From positions 64,001-128,000 of the forward strand of contig CBDHHL010000046.1 in NCBI GenBank assembly GCA_965263355.1: 64,000 nt of DNA. The letters run 5' to 3'. Within the stretch, counting starts at the first letter, position 1. Each line of letters starts with the position of its first letter. The notes beneath the pieces were generated by a model. The model had not been told where the DNA came from and did not search any database. It saw only the letters and a program-made list of their open reading frames with translations. A program made the position numbers and the translations under genes. Positions 27,196 to 38,012 of this stretch are shown in pieces. The DNA comes from Leptolyngbyaceae cyanobacterium (lineage in GTDB: Bacteria; Cyanobacteriota; Cyanobacteriia; Phormidesmidales; Phormidesmidaceae).

Positions 27196-30100
27196 CTTCC
27201 CACCAGCCCTTTCGTCAATGCTAACTCCGCAGCATACACCTTAACACGTTGGCGTGCCCGTCCTCGAGGATCTAAAGCAGGAGGGATTCTTGGACTTTTA
27301 ACTTTTGTGCTCTTATCAAAGATCGTCTTGGTGTATCCAGAGCTGTCTTCGGGCAATAACAGCTTCATGGCATCCTTACCTGGCTGCGGACCAGCCTCTG
27401 TAAAATTCACGTCTGTATTGTAATCTCCAAATGCTTTACTGTGAAAACCTACCTGAGGAACTGTCCCATCAGCTCGAGCAACCGAATTGCCACTAGCATC
27501 AAAACTTAAGTCACTCGAACCCAAAACATCTAACAAAGACGCTATAGGTCTTCTTGTGTAATCCGCTACAAAATCGGCAGTAGGCGCCCCGCGAGCCTTT
27601 AGCATCCCATAAAGAACAGTTAAAGTATCTACAGATCGCTCTATGGAATGATCCTGCAAATTAAAAGTTGCTATGATCGTCTCACCCAGTTTCACGACCT
27701 CAGAACCATCACTTTGTGACTCCACTACAACACTCTTATTTTCTCCAGAGTGACGAGTGAACGTTTGAAGCAATTCAGCAAATTCAGAAACCAGAACTCG
27801 GTCATCTGTGATAGCAAAAGTGCCTAGCAACGGTCTATATACATTGTCCGTTATTGGATACTCTTCCACAGTCCCATCTCCCGACAACTTTACAGAGTTC
27901 CAAACCACATCATACCATCCCGGTTTCAGCAACACTTCCGGAGGCGCTGCGCCGGCAGCGGTTACAAATTGGCCCCCAGATAAATCATTCTGCACACCCA
28001 CCAAAATAGCATTAGGTACGATTGCCTCTGTTTCTCCTGTTGTGTTATTCACTACGCCGCTTTGTTTGGTAAATTGGTCAAAAGTAACATTAGAGATACC
28101 CAAGAGGCTTGCTATTCTTCGTGTTATGGTTATCTGCTCATCCGAATTTACAGTCTCTAAACTCACCACTGTTCTAGAAGCGCTCAGTTTAGTGCCTTCC
28201 TTTAAAGAGCCTGAAAAATGTAGTTGCACCAACCGAGACTCCAAAGAGGAAACAGAAGTACCAGACAACAATCGCTGCTCCAAAGTATCAAAAGCCACAT
28301 CAACGACACTGCTCGTCTTCTTGACTTGTTCTCGCTGAACGACTCCTAAAAACTCATCATCCAGGCTTCTGTGAGTACGGGCAAACTTAAATGAAACTGT
28401 AGTACCTCCCCCACTCTGACTAATACTGTGCTGAATATTGTTTATCTTGCCCAAAAAAGCTGTAGGAAATACTGTAGTACCAATCCCGATAGTTTCTGCC
28501 ATGGCCTGTAATGCCGATGGAGAAGGCACTCCTCGATCTAAGACCACAGCAGGCAACCCAAGAACCAATTGAGGCATAAAACGGCCACTCAAGGACATCG
28601 ACCTTGAACTCCATCGATGTAAGAAAAATTGGAAATTAGCTAATCTTTGTATATAACTAATTCTCACATTTCTTTTGGTTTCTTGAATTTCTTTGGCTGA
28701 CTTGATACCCCACCGGTGCCCTTCTGTTACCCACTCAATCTTAGGAATAATGCCTGAATGTACTTCATGTGGCATCAAGGTTCCCGCGGAGTTGAAAACG
28801 CTACGACGCGCTATGTTATTCTTCACATCCTTAATATTTGGAGCAAAGTAATACCGACCAATTAACTTTATAAGACTATTATCTTGAACAGCACCAAACC
28901 CAGATTGCAGAGCAAACCTTGACACTTCTTGAGTGAAGCTTCGTGAGAATTGCAACCTGAAATACATATCCGGAAAGATGACATTGCATTTAGGGGGAGA
29001 TAAAAAGAAAGTTTCAGGAAGTAACAGCTGATTAAATAAAAAATCGGAGTCTGGAACAGTTATGGTAGTCTTAGTTTGTTTCACTGTAGAAGCGTTGCCC
29101 AAAACACCGTCTATTATATTTTGCGCTGTTTTTAGATTGGCAGAAATTTGAGAACCAACTCGCTTGCTTACTACCTTAGAATTGGCACGGACTTGAGCCA
29201 CTCGTAAATTGCTCAATACTTGATCCAATCTCACTGCCATTGCCTGGCTATCATTAGCATTAGCAGAACTAATTAACTGTCGAGCTGCTACTATACTTTT
29301 TACAACACTAACTAAATTTCGAGTCGCTGTTTTTACTTGTGCGGCATTGGCTTGTTCAAACGTGGTTTGTAAGCTAGCCAAAGTTGAACTTACTTGACCC
29401 AGAAGTTTACTAGCTTCCTTCCCTAACTTAGACTCTTTCACAGACCTAGGAACCACGACTGTAGACAGGTCATTACCTTTTGGTTTATAAAACGCAGCAG
29501 GATTAGGATACACTTCGTGGTAGATATATTGTCCTACTAGCCGCAGAACATCCCTAAAACTAACCAAGGAGCCGGCAGAGGACATGCCATTCCTTAACCA
29601 ATTTTGGAAAGCCTTAGCCCTGTACAACCGTGCTGCCGTTTTATCATTAGCAACAGCACCCAACATAGAAGTTAGACCATAACGTAACTCAGCCACACTG
29701 AAAAAATCATTTGCCCCTCGAAATCCTTTAAATGTAGTACCCCTGGGACGAATACCGCCTATAGACTCCAATAGGTGGATATATCCTGCAAGGAGTCCTC
29801 TTGGCAAATCCGCATATCGAGGATTTTCGGGTTTGGAATTCAAAATATTGCCAATTCCCCACTCAACTCCCGTAGTAATATTATTAAATATAGATTGATT
29901 AGAACCTACAAAATGATGAGTTCTATCAGCAAAATTCCCATTGACTGAGTAATCAGCAAACCACTGATAACAAGAATCCCAATAAGAACTAAAGTCCATG
30001 CACTGAATAACAAAGCTTCTGGCGGCCGTATCCTTTGTATAATAGAAACCAATAATTTCCCCAGCGAAGAGTAGTTTGTAGCGACTGTCCTCAATCCCCC

Positions 30101-30359
30101 CACTGTGCCCCAATCGCATGTTTGAGGCTAACTCAGAACCAGACTCTGGGTCGATATCTGTGGCATTTGATTTTGTATCTAAAAAAAATAAATGAACTAA
30201 AGTCCTAGGTAAGAACAAAAGAGCAGAATCTGTAGCAATCATTTGTATGGACGCAGACGCCGCCGCATTTGGTTGAATGGCCACATCTGCCGAAATGACA
30301 GGAACCTCTACCCCTTCAAGGAATAATCTCAGCTGTAATGGACTTGCTTCAGCACTCAT
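27192..30359 (-). CDS. Baseplate hub-like tail protein
   Basis: 1055 aa; N-terminal LRLFLEGVEVPV...LFAGEI hub-like beta region; two genes after the tube-initiator-like gene. Confidence 0.55.
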   Translation of the reverse strand: MSAEASPLQLRLFLEGVEVPVISADVAIQPNAAASASIQMIATDSALLFLPRTLVHLFFLDTKSNATDIDPESGSELASNMRLGHSGGIEDSRYKLLFAGEIIGFYYTKDTAARSFVIQCMDFSSYWDSCYQWFADYSVNGNFADRTHHFVGSNQSIFNNITTGVEWGIGNILNSKPENPRYADLPRGLLAGYIHLLESIGGIRPRGTTFKGFRGANDFFSVAELRYGLTSMLGAVANDKTAARLYRAKAFQNWLRNGMSSAGSLVSFRDVLRLVGQYIYHEVYPNPAAFYKPKGNDLSTVVVPRSVKESKLGKEASKLLGQVSSTLASLQTTFEQANAAQVKTATRNLVSVVKSIVAARQLISSANANDSQAMAVRLDQVLSNLRVAQVRANSKVVSKRVGSQISANLKTAQNIIDGVLGNASTVKQTKTTITVPDSDFLFNQLLLPETFFLSPPKCNVIFPDMYFRLQFSRSFTQEVSRFALQSGFGAVQDNSLIKLIGRYYFAPNIKDVKNNIARRSVFNSAGTLMPHEVHSGIIPKIEWVTEGHRWGIKSAKEIQETKRNVRISYIQRLANFQFFLHRWSSRSMSLSGRFMPQLVLGLPAVVLDRGVPSPSALQAMAETIGIGTTVFPTAFLGKINNIQHSISQSGGGTTVSFKFARTHRSLDDEFLGVVQREQVKKTSSVVDVAFDTLEQRLLSGTSVSSLESRLVQLHFSGSLKEGTKLSASRTVVSLETVNSDEQITITRRIASLLGISNVTFDQFTKQSGVVNNTTGETEAIVPNAILVGVQNDLSGGQFVTAAGAAPPEVLLKPGWYDVVWNSVKLSGDGTVEEYPITDNVYRPLLGTFAITDDRVLVSEFAELLQTFTRHSGENKSVVVESQSDGSEVVKLGETIIATFNLQDHSIERSVDTLTVLYGMLKARGAPTADFVADYTRRPIASLLDVLGSSDLSFDASGNSVARADGTVPQVGFHSKAFGDYNTDVNFTEAGPQPGKDAMKLLLPEDSSGYTKTIFDKSTKVKSPRIPPALDPRGRARQRVKVYAAELALTKGLVGS

Positions 30360-30886
30360 TAGACAAATGGTTCGATGCTTGCGTCATCAGAACCAACCCC
30401 TCTCACTCCTGCTGACTCCTCATCTCGAGTGACAGCCAGATTATTTTGAGCTCTTATAGATGCTCGAACTCTATCAACTATGCTAACTAGGTTTGGAGTT
30501 GCAGCGGCATTTGCTTCCAATGCCGCAAGGTCGCCAGACTGACTTAAAGGCAATAAGGGAGTGCTGCCAAATAACGTATCCAACTGACCTTGCAGAGAAG
30601 TATCTAAATTAACTGCCCTTGAATAATCTTTCAAACCATACACAGGCTCATAAACACGCTCTCTAGAGTTAGAGACTTCCTCGTATACAGCGCTAACGTA
30701 CAACGAACCTAATTCAGCATCTTGGCTAGGCGTCAATAAAAACTCGGACAACTTTTGCTCAAAAGTTACAGAGGCATTCTTGCCTATATAGTTTAAATTG
30801 GCAATCCTCGTTGCTCTACGCTTTGCTCCACGCTTTTCCAATAACACATCTGGCGTGTCGGGAATTATCATCAATCTTTGGGGCAT
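30359..30886 (-). CDS. Hypothetical tail-associated protein
   Basis: Start reassigned to ATG 30886 (MPQRLMII), preceded by AGGAGG. Confidence 0.7.
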   Translation of the reverse strand: MPQRLMIIPDTPDVLLEKRGAKRRATRIANLNYIGKNASVTFEQKLSEFLLTPSQDAELGSLYVSAVYEEVSNSRERVYEPVYGLKDYSRAVNLDTSLQGQLDTLFGSTPLLPLSQSGDLAALEANAAATPNLVSIVDRVRASIRAQNNLAVTRDEESAGVRGVGSDDASIEPFV

Positions 30887-30896
30887 AGCCTTCCTC

Positions 30897-32318
30897 CTAT
30901 GTAATACCAGGGATGCCAAATGTAACGTCTGTCCCACTTAAGCCACTCACCCCAGTAGCTTCCGCTGCAACAGCACCTGGATCATTAATAAAAGACTTAG
31001 CTGTAGAAACTAATGCAAATCCCTTTCTCGTAAAATTAGCAATATCAGCCAAGGTTCGAAGTATATTGTTCTCTGTTTCTATGCTCTGTTCAAGTGCAGC
31101 AAACACGGCATTCTGTTGCTGGACTAAAGCTCGTCGTTGCTTTATCCGCAGCTTCGCTGTACGCAAAACAGAAGAATCTAACTGCACCTCAGATCCAAAT
31201 GTCAAAGGATATTCATCCCAGTTCCTATATATAGGAACTCTTAAATTCGGCTGAAAAACAAATTTAACCGCCTGTGGGACCCTTAATTGAACATTACTAA
31301 TATCTGTCGAGTCAAAAAAACTAGTTGCCAAAGTTCCCGGTGCCACGGAAGCATCCCCAATTTGAGCTAAGAAACCTGCGGAGCCAGCAGGACGACTAAT
31401 CACACGACCAGTCAAGACCACATCTAACCCCTTTTTAATATCACCAAGAAAATTCGTTATGGCATTATTTTTCAAAAAAGAGCTGGCCTCCCGCAAAAAA
31501 CCACCAAACCCTTTTCCTGCATCGACTGACTCTTGGAAATTAAAAGCCCTAACATCTGCTGAGGCATTTATACTTCCAAAGTTTGTTTGGCCTGTTAATG
31601 AACTCCTAGCAGATGCCGAATCTGTCAATTCGCGGTTTAAGACATCAACACCAGAAAAGTCTTGTCCATCTTGGTGGTCGGGCAAAAGCACACTACCAAT
31701 TTGTGAAAAGTCTTGATAATTCGTCAGAAACAAAGTCATGGAAAATGGCACTAAATAAGGCTCTGCTTCTCGGTCTTCTGCTGATGCTTCAACCGGGTAT
31801 CCTTCAATAATTGTCCGATCGTAAGATAGAAAACATCTGGCATTTTGTTGGGCTAATTTAGTTCCCCGTAAATACGTGTCATAATTAGCCCAAAATTGGG
31901 AACGCCAATTAAAGTCTTCAGAGTTTATTAACAACCCAGAAAGCCTGACCATAGTTGGCCGTTCCCCAAAAAAGTAGATAAAGGAATTTCCGAAAGTCTC
32001 TATAATTTGGTGCTTTTCTTGGCGAGAAACGCGAATACTTTGTAAGATGAAATCTGAATAATACTTTACATAGCCTTGAAATCCCTCCCCCACCTCTTTT
32101 TGTTGAGCAGATGAAGATACTAAAGGAATATGGGAGCCGTTGGCCTTAAAAATAGACAAGGATGCATAAGTATCATCCTTTATCTGAATGCCTCTATGAG
32201 GACGACGAACTGAAGATAAATTTGTTCTGTCTTCAGAAAGTTGAGCTTGCTGCACCTCAGAAGATGCTGCCAAAAACCTTAAATCTGAGGCAGAAGAGCT
32301 AATAAACGTGAAAGTCAT
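30897..32318 (-). CDS. Tail tube-initiator/baseplate-like protein
   Basis: QEKHQIIETFG..FIYFFGERP..SGLLIN tube-like segment; lies just downstream of the tape-measure-like gene. Confidence 0.5.
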   Translation of the reverse strand: MTFTFISSSASDLRFLAASSEVQQAQLSEDRTNLSSVRRPHRGIQIKDDTYASLSIFKANGSHIPLVSSSAQQKEVGEGFQGYVKYYSDFILQSIRVSRQEKHQIIETFGNSFIYFFGERPTMVRLSGLLINSEDFNWRSQFWANYDTYLRGTKLAQQNARCFLSYDRTIIEGYPVEASAEDREAEPYLVPFSMTLFLTNYQDFSQIGSVLLPDHQDGQDFSGVDVLNRELTDSASARSSLTGQTNFGSINASADVRAFNFQESVDAGKGFGGFLREASSFLKNNAITNFLGDIKKGLDVVLTGRVISRPAGSAGFLAQIGDASVAPGTLATSFFDSTDISNVQLRVPQAVKFVFQPNLRVPIYRNWDEYPLTFGSEVQLDSSVLRTAKLRIKQRRALVQQQNAVFAALEQSIETENNILRTLADIANFTRKGFALVSTAKSFINDPGAVAAEATGVSGLSGTDVTFGIPGIT

Positions 32319-32533
32319 ACTGCACCACTTTTCTGAAACCGCTCAAGCACTAAGAAGTCAATAAACTCAGAGTTAATATCATCACCCGGATCAGAACCTC
32401 CCATAGTCTTATAGAGTTCGCGTTCTACAAGATGAATAATAAGATCCTCTGGCAATATGCGATTTATAACTCGGAAGTTAACCTTACCTCGATTAACATC
32501 CTCCATCTGAAACTCTTTGAGATTCCTAGCCAT
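32315..32533 (-). CDS. Hypothetical protein
   Basis: 72-aa ORF with GGAG RBS and ATGA overlap. Confidence 0.65.
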   Translation of the reverse strand: MARNLKEFQMEDVNRGKVNFRVINRILPEDLIIHLVERELYKTMGGSDPGDDINSEFIDFLVLERFQKSGAV

Positions 32534-32548
32534 AATTCTTACTCCGTA

Positions 32549-35500
32549 TCAACCAAACCAATCCCAAATATCTGAAGTAGCCACCGTCAAATTCTGTCCG
32601 TCAACTTTAACATCCTTTAGCTGTGGCACAGCAGCAGACACTGCTCTTACAAACTTAGTATTTTCTTCTGTGTAGCGAGTCAGAGCAGCAGCAAATTCCT
32701 CTCCCCGAGACTCCCTTTGGGATTCTCCTCGAGCACCACCCAATCTACGAGACTCCAAAAAGCGCTCCAACATAGAACGTAGGTCAGATGCTTCTCCCTT
32801 AGTCACTCGCTGATCTGAAAAAATCTGCTCAAAGGCTGCTCTATCTTGCCCCTCCAACAAATCTCCTACATCTAAGCCTACCCTTTTTAACCTTGCTCGA
32901 ACTTGGGCCGCACTTCCTTGAGTGATATTTTTTAGACTTCCTGCCTGCCCCAGAAATACACCCAGTTCATTGCTTGAAGACAATAGTCGCCTAACCTCGC
33001 CATCTCCCAAAGTTTTACCATGAGCTATTAAATCTTGCAGTGTACTCCTCATCTCACCAAAGGTAGTCAAGTCATCCTCAGCCATGGAAGACACAAGAGA
33101 CCTTGTTCGTTGAGACAAACCAGACAGTCGAGAAAGGGATGAGGCGTCTGAACGCAAAGCGGTAGTCATCTCTTTAGCTAAATTTTCTTCAAGCCCTGCG
33201 AATTTAGCAGTCTTAAAAAATTCAGCTCCCTGACTTAGTTTTGAACGAGCAACATTACCAGAACCAACGGCGGCCATTATGTTATTGAGGTCTCTGTTTT
33301 CGCCCCCCAGCCAAGCTTTTCTGAGAGCTGGGAAATTTTTCAGATCCTCAGATTTTGCCCCATTTGAAATCCAAGCAGCCAAGTCTAAACCGTACTCTTT
33401 ATTCTGCAGCTGCTCACTAAGCCTGTCCGAATCTACACCCAGAGCGCTAGACATCATAGTCACGCCCTTTTCCATCAAATCACTTCTACCCTGACTAGTT
33501 CTTAAACCTACAAGTATGTTAGTAGGTATCTTACTCATCGCAGCCAAGACGGGACTTCGCACAACCCCAATTTGAGACTCCCTGGCCAAGATAGTGTATG
33601 CTTCTTGCTCTGTTTCTGCCCCAGTATACTGTTGCACCTGCCTTAACAGATTTTGTCCTTCTTTAGACCTATTCAGTGCTCGATACATAGCAGACATCCG
33701 CTCTTTGTCTGTCAAATTGTGGATAGAACTACTGAATTGTACGTCGGACAGGATTTCTGTCATCTGGCCTTCAAAGGATTGCCTGATATCTCTATAAGAA
33801 GTCCCGTCAGCAGACATAGCATCCCGGTCAAACAAACTCGCGACCCCGCGAATACCTGCTTGCTGTAATCGACCCACGAAACGAGAAGCTACCTCCGAAG
33901 AGGCCCCAAAAACACCTTGTCGGATGTCTCCCTCAGCGGCCCTAAACTGTCCCTTAGCCACATACCCAGCCCTATCCACTTGCATACCGAGATCGCTTAG
34001 GGTCCTTAAGCCGTACTCCCCCGCGCGCATTGAACTAATATTTAAGCCAAAGAAGTTTGAACGAGTAAATCGTTCACGCATAGTGTCTTGAGTGAGACTG
34101 GGATCCATAGTCAAATTTGTAAGACCTCTTTGCACTAACGAGGTAACTCTGGTACGTTCTTTATTTGTTGTAGTAAATCTATCTCCAAAAGAACGTCCTC
34201 TAAAATAGTCAGTCCAACTATTAGTGATGTCCTGAATGTCTCTCTCAAGATCTCTGCCTATGTCCTTTATTGGTTCCTCAATAGTTCTCTCATACCAGGC
34301 CCCTATGGCTTGAGATAAGCCTGTGAATGTACGATTACGCTGCTCATCCAGGCTGCGAAGTCGGTCCTGCATAACTTCCTGAATACGACTTTTGCTTCCA
34401 GACCGAATGCGGTCGACATTTGCAAACATTTGCTCCATGAAGCGAGCTTCTCTAGCGTCCAAGCCAAACAACTTTTGAACAAATAATTGTTGGACATCTT
34501 CTCCGGAATCATCTAAGCCTGCCCTGCGGATGGCTGAGTCCCGAAGCGCAGACATGACCTCTAAGCCCCCTCGGGAGGCGAAGTTCTGTCCGAGCACTTC
34601 CTGAATGGCTGTGAATGATGCAGCCCCACTACGAGTAGCTACACGTTGGGTTCCTCGTTGTTGGAGTTGTGTCATTGACAGCCGCCCTTCTTGCAGATCC
34701 CTTAAAGTGTCCCTGTCAATACGACCAGTAAATCTACCATTGGCATACTCACCCAAGCCTGCCATAGCTAATCGACCTATAGAGCTACCACTCATATTTT
34801 GAAGAGATTGAGTAAGTCTTTGAGCGAGTTGTTGTTGACCTTGGATACCGCTTTGGCCAGTTAATCCAACAACATCTTGATCTGTTAATACGCCTGAACG
34901 AACTGCCTGACTAACATCCAACAAAGATCTTTGCGCTAAAAAGGCTCCTGCAGATAGATTTCCACCACGGGCAAACGAGCCCTGCGCCCCCGCTTGCATG
35001 GTTTGTTGCAAAGCCGCAGCACCTCCAGCACCAAGGGCTGTAGCGGTTAAAGCAGACCCCATGACATCACTACTTCGCCAGACACCCATCCTTCGCATGC
35101 TCCCAAACAACTGAGAGGCCTCTTCCAGCGAGGTACCCATCACTTCGGCAATGGTCTTAGTTTGAGCAACTAACTTACCAAACCGTTCTTTAAATTGGGC
35201 TGCATTAGTAATGTCATTAAGCGCCCCCATAGAACCAAACTGGTCCATGAGTTTTTGGAGATCTTTCATGGCCAAGATGGTGTCTTGGCTTGCCATTTCT
35301 CCAAGTACCGCAGAAAAATTTCGAATTTGGCCCGGTGAGAAATTGCCTCCAGGCCGGATTACTTGACCAGAACCATAAGCGGGCCCAAAATAAGCACCTG
35401 ACCGAGTGCGCATAAAGGCATTATTTTGAGCACCCTCATAAACGAGACCAGCCCCTTCATGGACAGCAGCACCAATAGCTAAAGGAGCTGCGACAGACGT

Positions 35501-35935
35501 TCCAAGACCCACAGCACCTCGAGTTAGAACTGGAAGACCCTCTCTCAAACCACCGTGAGCAACAGCGCGAGCCATATGTGCCGTCGCGCCAAAAAACCCA
35601 GAAGAAGCCGGAGCTCCTGCGCCTAACGCCAAACCTCGTCCTGCCATGGTGAAAGGGTCTAAAATGGCTGCCGAACGAGCCAGCCCCAAACCACCCGCCA
35701 AAGCCAAACCCGTATAGGCACCAACCGATGCACCGCTCAAGCCACCAACTACAGACGCACCACTCAAATTATCCGAAGAAATGGGTGTGGAAAATATGGG
35801 GGAGGCAAGCGGGGGAGTCGCTTGTGATTGGCCGTAGAGTTGTGCACCCACAATACGGGAGTAATTGGCTTGATTAGCAAACATGGCTGTCTGTCCAGAC
35901 ATGTTCTGGCTAATCTGTTGGCTAGTTAGTACCAC
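32549..35935 (-). CDS. Tape-measure-like protein
   Basis: 1128 aa, Ala/Gly/Gln-rich and helical, with hydrophobic Gly-rich N-terminal segments; upstream of the hub/baseplate genes. Confidence 0.65.
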   Translation of the reverse strand: MVLTSQQISQNMSGQTAMFANQANYSRIVGAQLYGQSQATPPLASPIFSTPISSDNLSGASVVGGLSGASVGAYTGLALAGGLGLARSAAILDPFTMAGRGLALGAGAPASSGFFGATAHMARAVAHGGLREGLPVLTRGAVGLGTSVAAPLAIGAAVHEGAGLVYEGAQNNAFMRTRSGAYFGPAYGSGQVIRPGGNFSPGQIRNFSAVLGEMASQDTILAMKDLQKLMDQFGSMGALNDITNAAQFKERFGKLVAQTKTIAEVMGTSLEEASQLFGSMRRMGVWRSSDVMGSALTATALGAGGAAALQQTMQAGAQGSFARGGNLSAGAFLAQRSLLDVSQAVRSGVLTDQDVVGLTGQSGIQGQQQLAQRLTQSLQNMSGSSIGRLAMAGLGEYANGRFTGRIDRDTLRDLQEGRLSMTQLQQRGTQRVATRSGAASFTAIQEVLGQNFASRGGLEVMSALRDSAIRRAGLDDSGEDVQQLFVQKLFGLDAREARFMEQMFANVDRIRSGSKSRIQEVMQDRLRSLDEQRNRTFTGLSQAIGAWYERTIEEPIKDIGRDLERDIQDITNSWTDYFRGRSFGDRFTTTNKERTRVTSLVQRGLTNLTMDPSLTQDTMRERFTRSNFFGLNISSMRAGEYGLRTLSDLGMQVDRAGYVAKGQFRAAEGDIRQGVFGASSEVASRFVGRLQQAGIRGVASLFDRDAMSADGTSYRDIRQSFEGQMTEILSDVQFSSSIHNLTDKERMSAMYRALNRSKEGQNLLRQVQQYTGAETEQEAYTILARESQIGVVRSPVLAAMSKIPTNILVGLRTSQGRSDLMEKGVTMMSSALGVDSDRLSEQLQNKEYGLDLAAWISNGAKSEDLKNFPALRKAWLGGENRDLNNIMAAVGSGNVARSKLSQGAEFFKTAKFAGLEENLAKEMTTALRSDASSLSRLSGLSQRTRSLVSSMAEDDLTTFGEMRSTLQDLIAHGKTLGDGEVRRLLSSSNELGVFLGQAGSLKNITQGSAAQVRARLKRVGLDVGDLLEGQDRAAFEQIFSDQRVTKGEASDLRSMLERFLESRRLGGARGESQRESRGEEFAAALTRYTEENTKFVRAVSAAVPQLKDVKVDGQNLTVATSDIWDWFG

Positions 35936-35965
35936 TCAATCAATTCTACAGTAGGGCATAAGACC

Positions 35966-36244
35966 TCAAAAACGTCCTTTAGATTTTTGATATAAGTACC
36001 CTTCTATCGCCAGTTTCTCCCAGTCAGACAAGCCTTGAGCGTAGTCCAATACCCCGCATTTCTGCAGATACTCATGAAATCTCTGTACTTCCTGCCGACA
36101 ATGAATCCTCAAGGCCTCACCTCCTTCCACTAGCAAGGGAGATTCAGAACTCACTGGGTACCCAGCAAACTCCAAAGACAAGGAGAAAGTACTCTCGGTT
36201 ACTACTTCCTCTGTTGTTTCTTCATTTCCCATAATCCCCTCCAA
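35966..36244 (-). CDS. Hypothetical protein
   Basis: ORF in a tightly packed operon; true start may be ATG 36232. Confidence 0.65.
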   Translation of the reverse strand: MEGIMGNEETTEEVVTESTFSLSLEFAGYPVSSESPLLVEGGEALRIHCRQEVQRFHEYLQKCGVLDYAQGLSDWEKLAIEGYLYQKSKGRF

Positions 36245-36608
36245 ACTCTGTCACAGGTTCTGAGTCCTCTTCAAAGGTGAGTTTCTCTCCTAAATACCAC
36301 TCAGTTAACTTGTCAGGCCAGTTCGGCAAAGACTGAAATTTACTAAAATCGGAAAATATCTCCCGTAAAACACCTGGGATTAAATGAGCTTCTTCAGGCC
36401 CATTTTTTAGTTGTAAGCTAAAATAACGGATAAAACAAGCTAGCTGAATTTCTAAATTTTGCACTGTTTCTTCTAGCCTACCAATCCGATCATGATGAGA
36501 AATCAACAAGTCTTTGTGATCATCCAAGTCATGAATCAGTGGGTTTTCGAAGACTCTTCTTTCCTTTTTTGTCTCGATTTCCCAATTTGGATTTTGTTGG
36601 TCTTTCAT
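36222..36608 (-). CDS. Hypothetical protein
   Basis: 128-aa ORF overlapping its neighbours. Confidence 0.65.
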   Translation of the reverse strand: MKDQQNPNWEIETKKERRVFENPLIHDLDDHKDLLISHHDRIGRLEETVQNLEIQLACFIRYFSLQLKNGPEEAHLIPGVLREIFSDFSKFQSLPNWPDKLTEWYLGEKLTFEEDSEPVTEFGGDYGK

Positions 36609-36828
36609 ATCTACTTACCTTAGTTTCACCAATCTCCTCCATCTCCTGATTTAGAGGTTCTAAAGTTTGTTCTACTTCGGACATGACCATCCGAATACTA
36701 TCCGAGTCCAATGAATGTAGATGAGAATTTTCTAGCGCATCATCAAGATGGTCCAGAATGTACTCATACACCGCTTTTTTATGCGTAACGACTGTCAGTC
36801 GCTCGTTTAGGTCTTTAAAAGTAGCCAT
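36529..36828 (-). CDS. Hypothetical protein
   Basis: 99-aa ORF preceded by TAGAAT-N6. Confidence 0.65.
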   Translation of the reverse strand: MATFKDLNERLTVVTHKKAVYEYILDHLDDALENSHLHSLDSDSIRMVMSEVEQTLEPLNQEMEEIGETKVSRYERPTKSKLGNRDKKGKKSLRKPTDS

Positions 36829-36841
36829 GATTACATTCTAG

Positions 36842-37561
36842 TTAGGCAGTCAAAGCACCAAGAATACGAGTTCTTAACTCGGCACCATAGCTAATATCCT
36901 TAATGATGTTTTTCATAGAATAACGTAATGTGCCCGCCTTTTTATTTCTAGCCCTTCTTGCCGAGTTATAAACATCGCCCTTCTTATAATTAACTGTGTC
37001 GTACGCCCTAATGTCCAAGGGTGCATGCTTAATAACTATGTCAGCTTTAGAACCCAGCCTTAGCCAAAACTGTGCCGCCCTATCTGCAATCTGCTTAAGA
37101 GTAGCACAATCCATCCCATATTCTGGGAGGGTAATTGGGAGCTCCTGAACTTTTGACTTATCTAAACCCTCTCTAATCGCAAGGTTTAAAAAAGTTTCTT
37201 TGGTGTCGGGGCAGATAAAACTTTCTCGAAGACACTTAGGACAAACAGTGTGATATTCCGCAGCAGCAGAATCTCTAATAGGTGCTCTACAGTCCGCATA
37301 GCCACACCAACGAACAAGAGTATCCATAGACTTATTAAGCCTGCCAGTTTCCCATGCTATAATGGAACAACTGTTTTCAGCCTTAAAAAGGCTGCGACGA
37401 GTACCGAAAAGTATTTCCAACTTGAACGGCGCTAGCTCTTCATAACCTCCCAACGTATCGTACTTAGCCAAGCCAGCATTTTTTTTGATCTCATCAACCC
37501 ACACTTTTGAGGGAGAATACAGTTGCTTAATTTCATTGTGAGCAACCTCGTTAGTTTCCAT
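36842..37561 (-). CDS. Hypothetical zinc-binding protein
   Basis: CGYADC...CPKC in a 239-aa ORF. Confidence 0.7.
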   Translation of the reverse strand: METNEVAHNEIKQLYSPSKVWVDEIKKNAGLAKYDTLGGYEELAPFKLEILFGTRRSLFKAENSCSIIAWETGRLNKSMDTLVRWCGYADCRAPIRDSAAAEYHTVCPKCLRESFICPDTKETFLNLAIREGLDKSKVQELPITLPEYGMDCATLKQIADRAAQFWLRLGSKADIVIKHAPLDIRAYDTVNYKKGDVYNSARRARNKKAGTLRYSMKNIIKDISYGAELRTRILGALTA

Positions 37562-37568
37562 CTTTACA

Positions 37569-38012
37569 TTAGCCCGGGATTATGCGGGCACCTTTCTTAT
37601 TTTGATCAGTTTGTATATTCGACTTATTGCCCAGCAAGGGTTGCTCTTCCACTTCTTTGATTGGGATATGTTCGGAAATGATGTCAAAAAGTTTAGAGGC
37701 TACCTCTTCCGTGACTAGGCCTTCGCCACTTAAAGCTATTGCCCAACCCCTAACTAACTTGTTATTTTCAACAAGGAGAAGTTGTTTGCCAATAAAGACA
37801 GATAACCCAGCCTCCTTTCCAAAAACCAACAAAGCATAAGCTAATGTATTGGCAAAAGCCCTTTCCTTATCATAATGTATACGCCCCAAGAATTGTATTT
37901 CTTTATTAGCTACAGAAGCCTCTACAACTTGATACAACTCTGTGGCATTTAATAATTCTTTTAGCTTCAACGCTACAGGTTCTGTGTTATCCCAAAGGTC
38001 ATTACGACTCAT
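37569..38012 (-). CDS. Hypothetical protein
   Basis: 147 aa with GGAG RBS; overlaps the upstream stop. Confidence 0.7.
   Translation of the reverse strand: MSRNDLWDNTEPVALKLKELLNATELYQVVEASVANKEIQFLGRIHYDKERAFANTLAYALLVFGKEAGLSVFIGKQLLLVENNKLVRGWAIALSGEGLVTEEVASKLFDIISEHIPIKEVEEQPLLGNKSNIQTDQNKKGARIIPG

Noticed and set aside
3900..35000. Numerous 60-180-aa plus-strand ORFs opposite structural genes
   Set aside because: They are nested antisense to long minus-strand genes and show no motifs or initiation signals.
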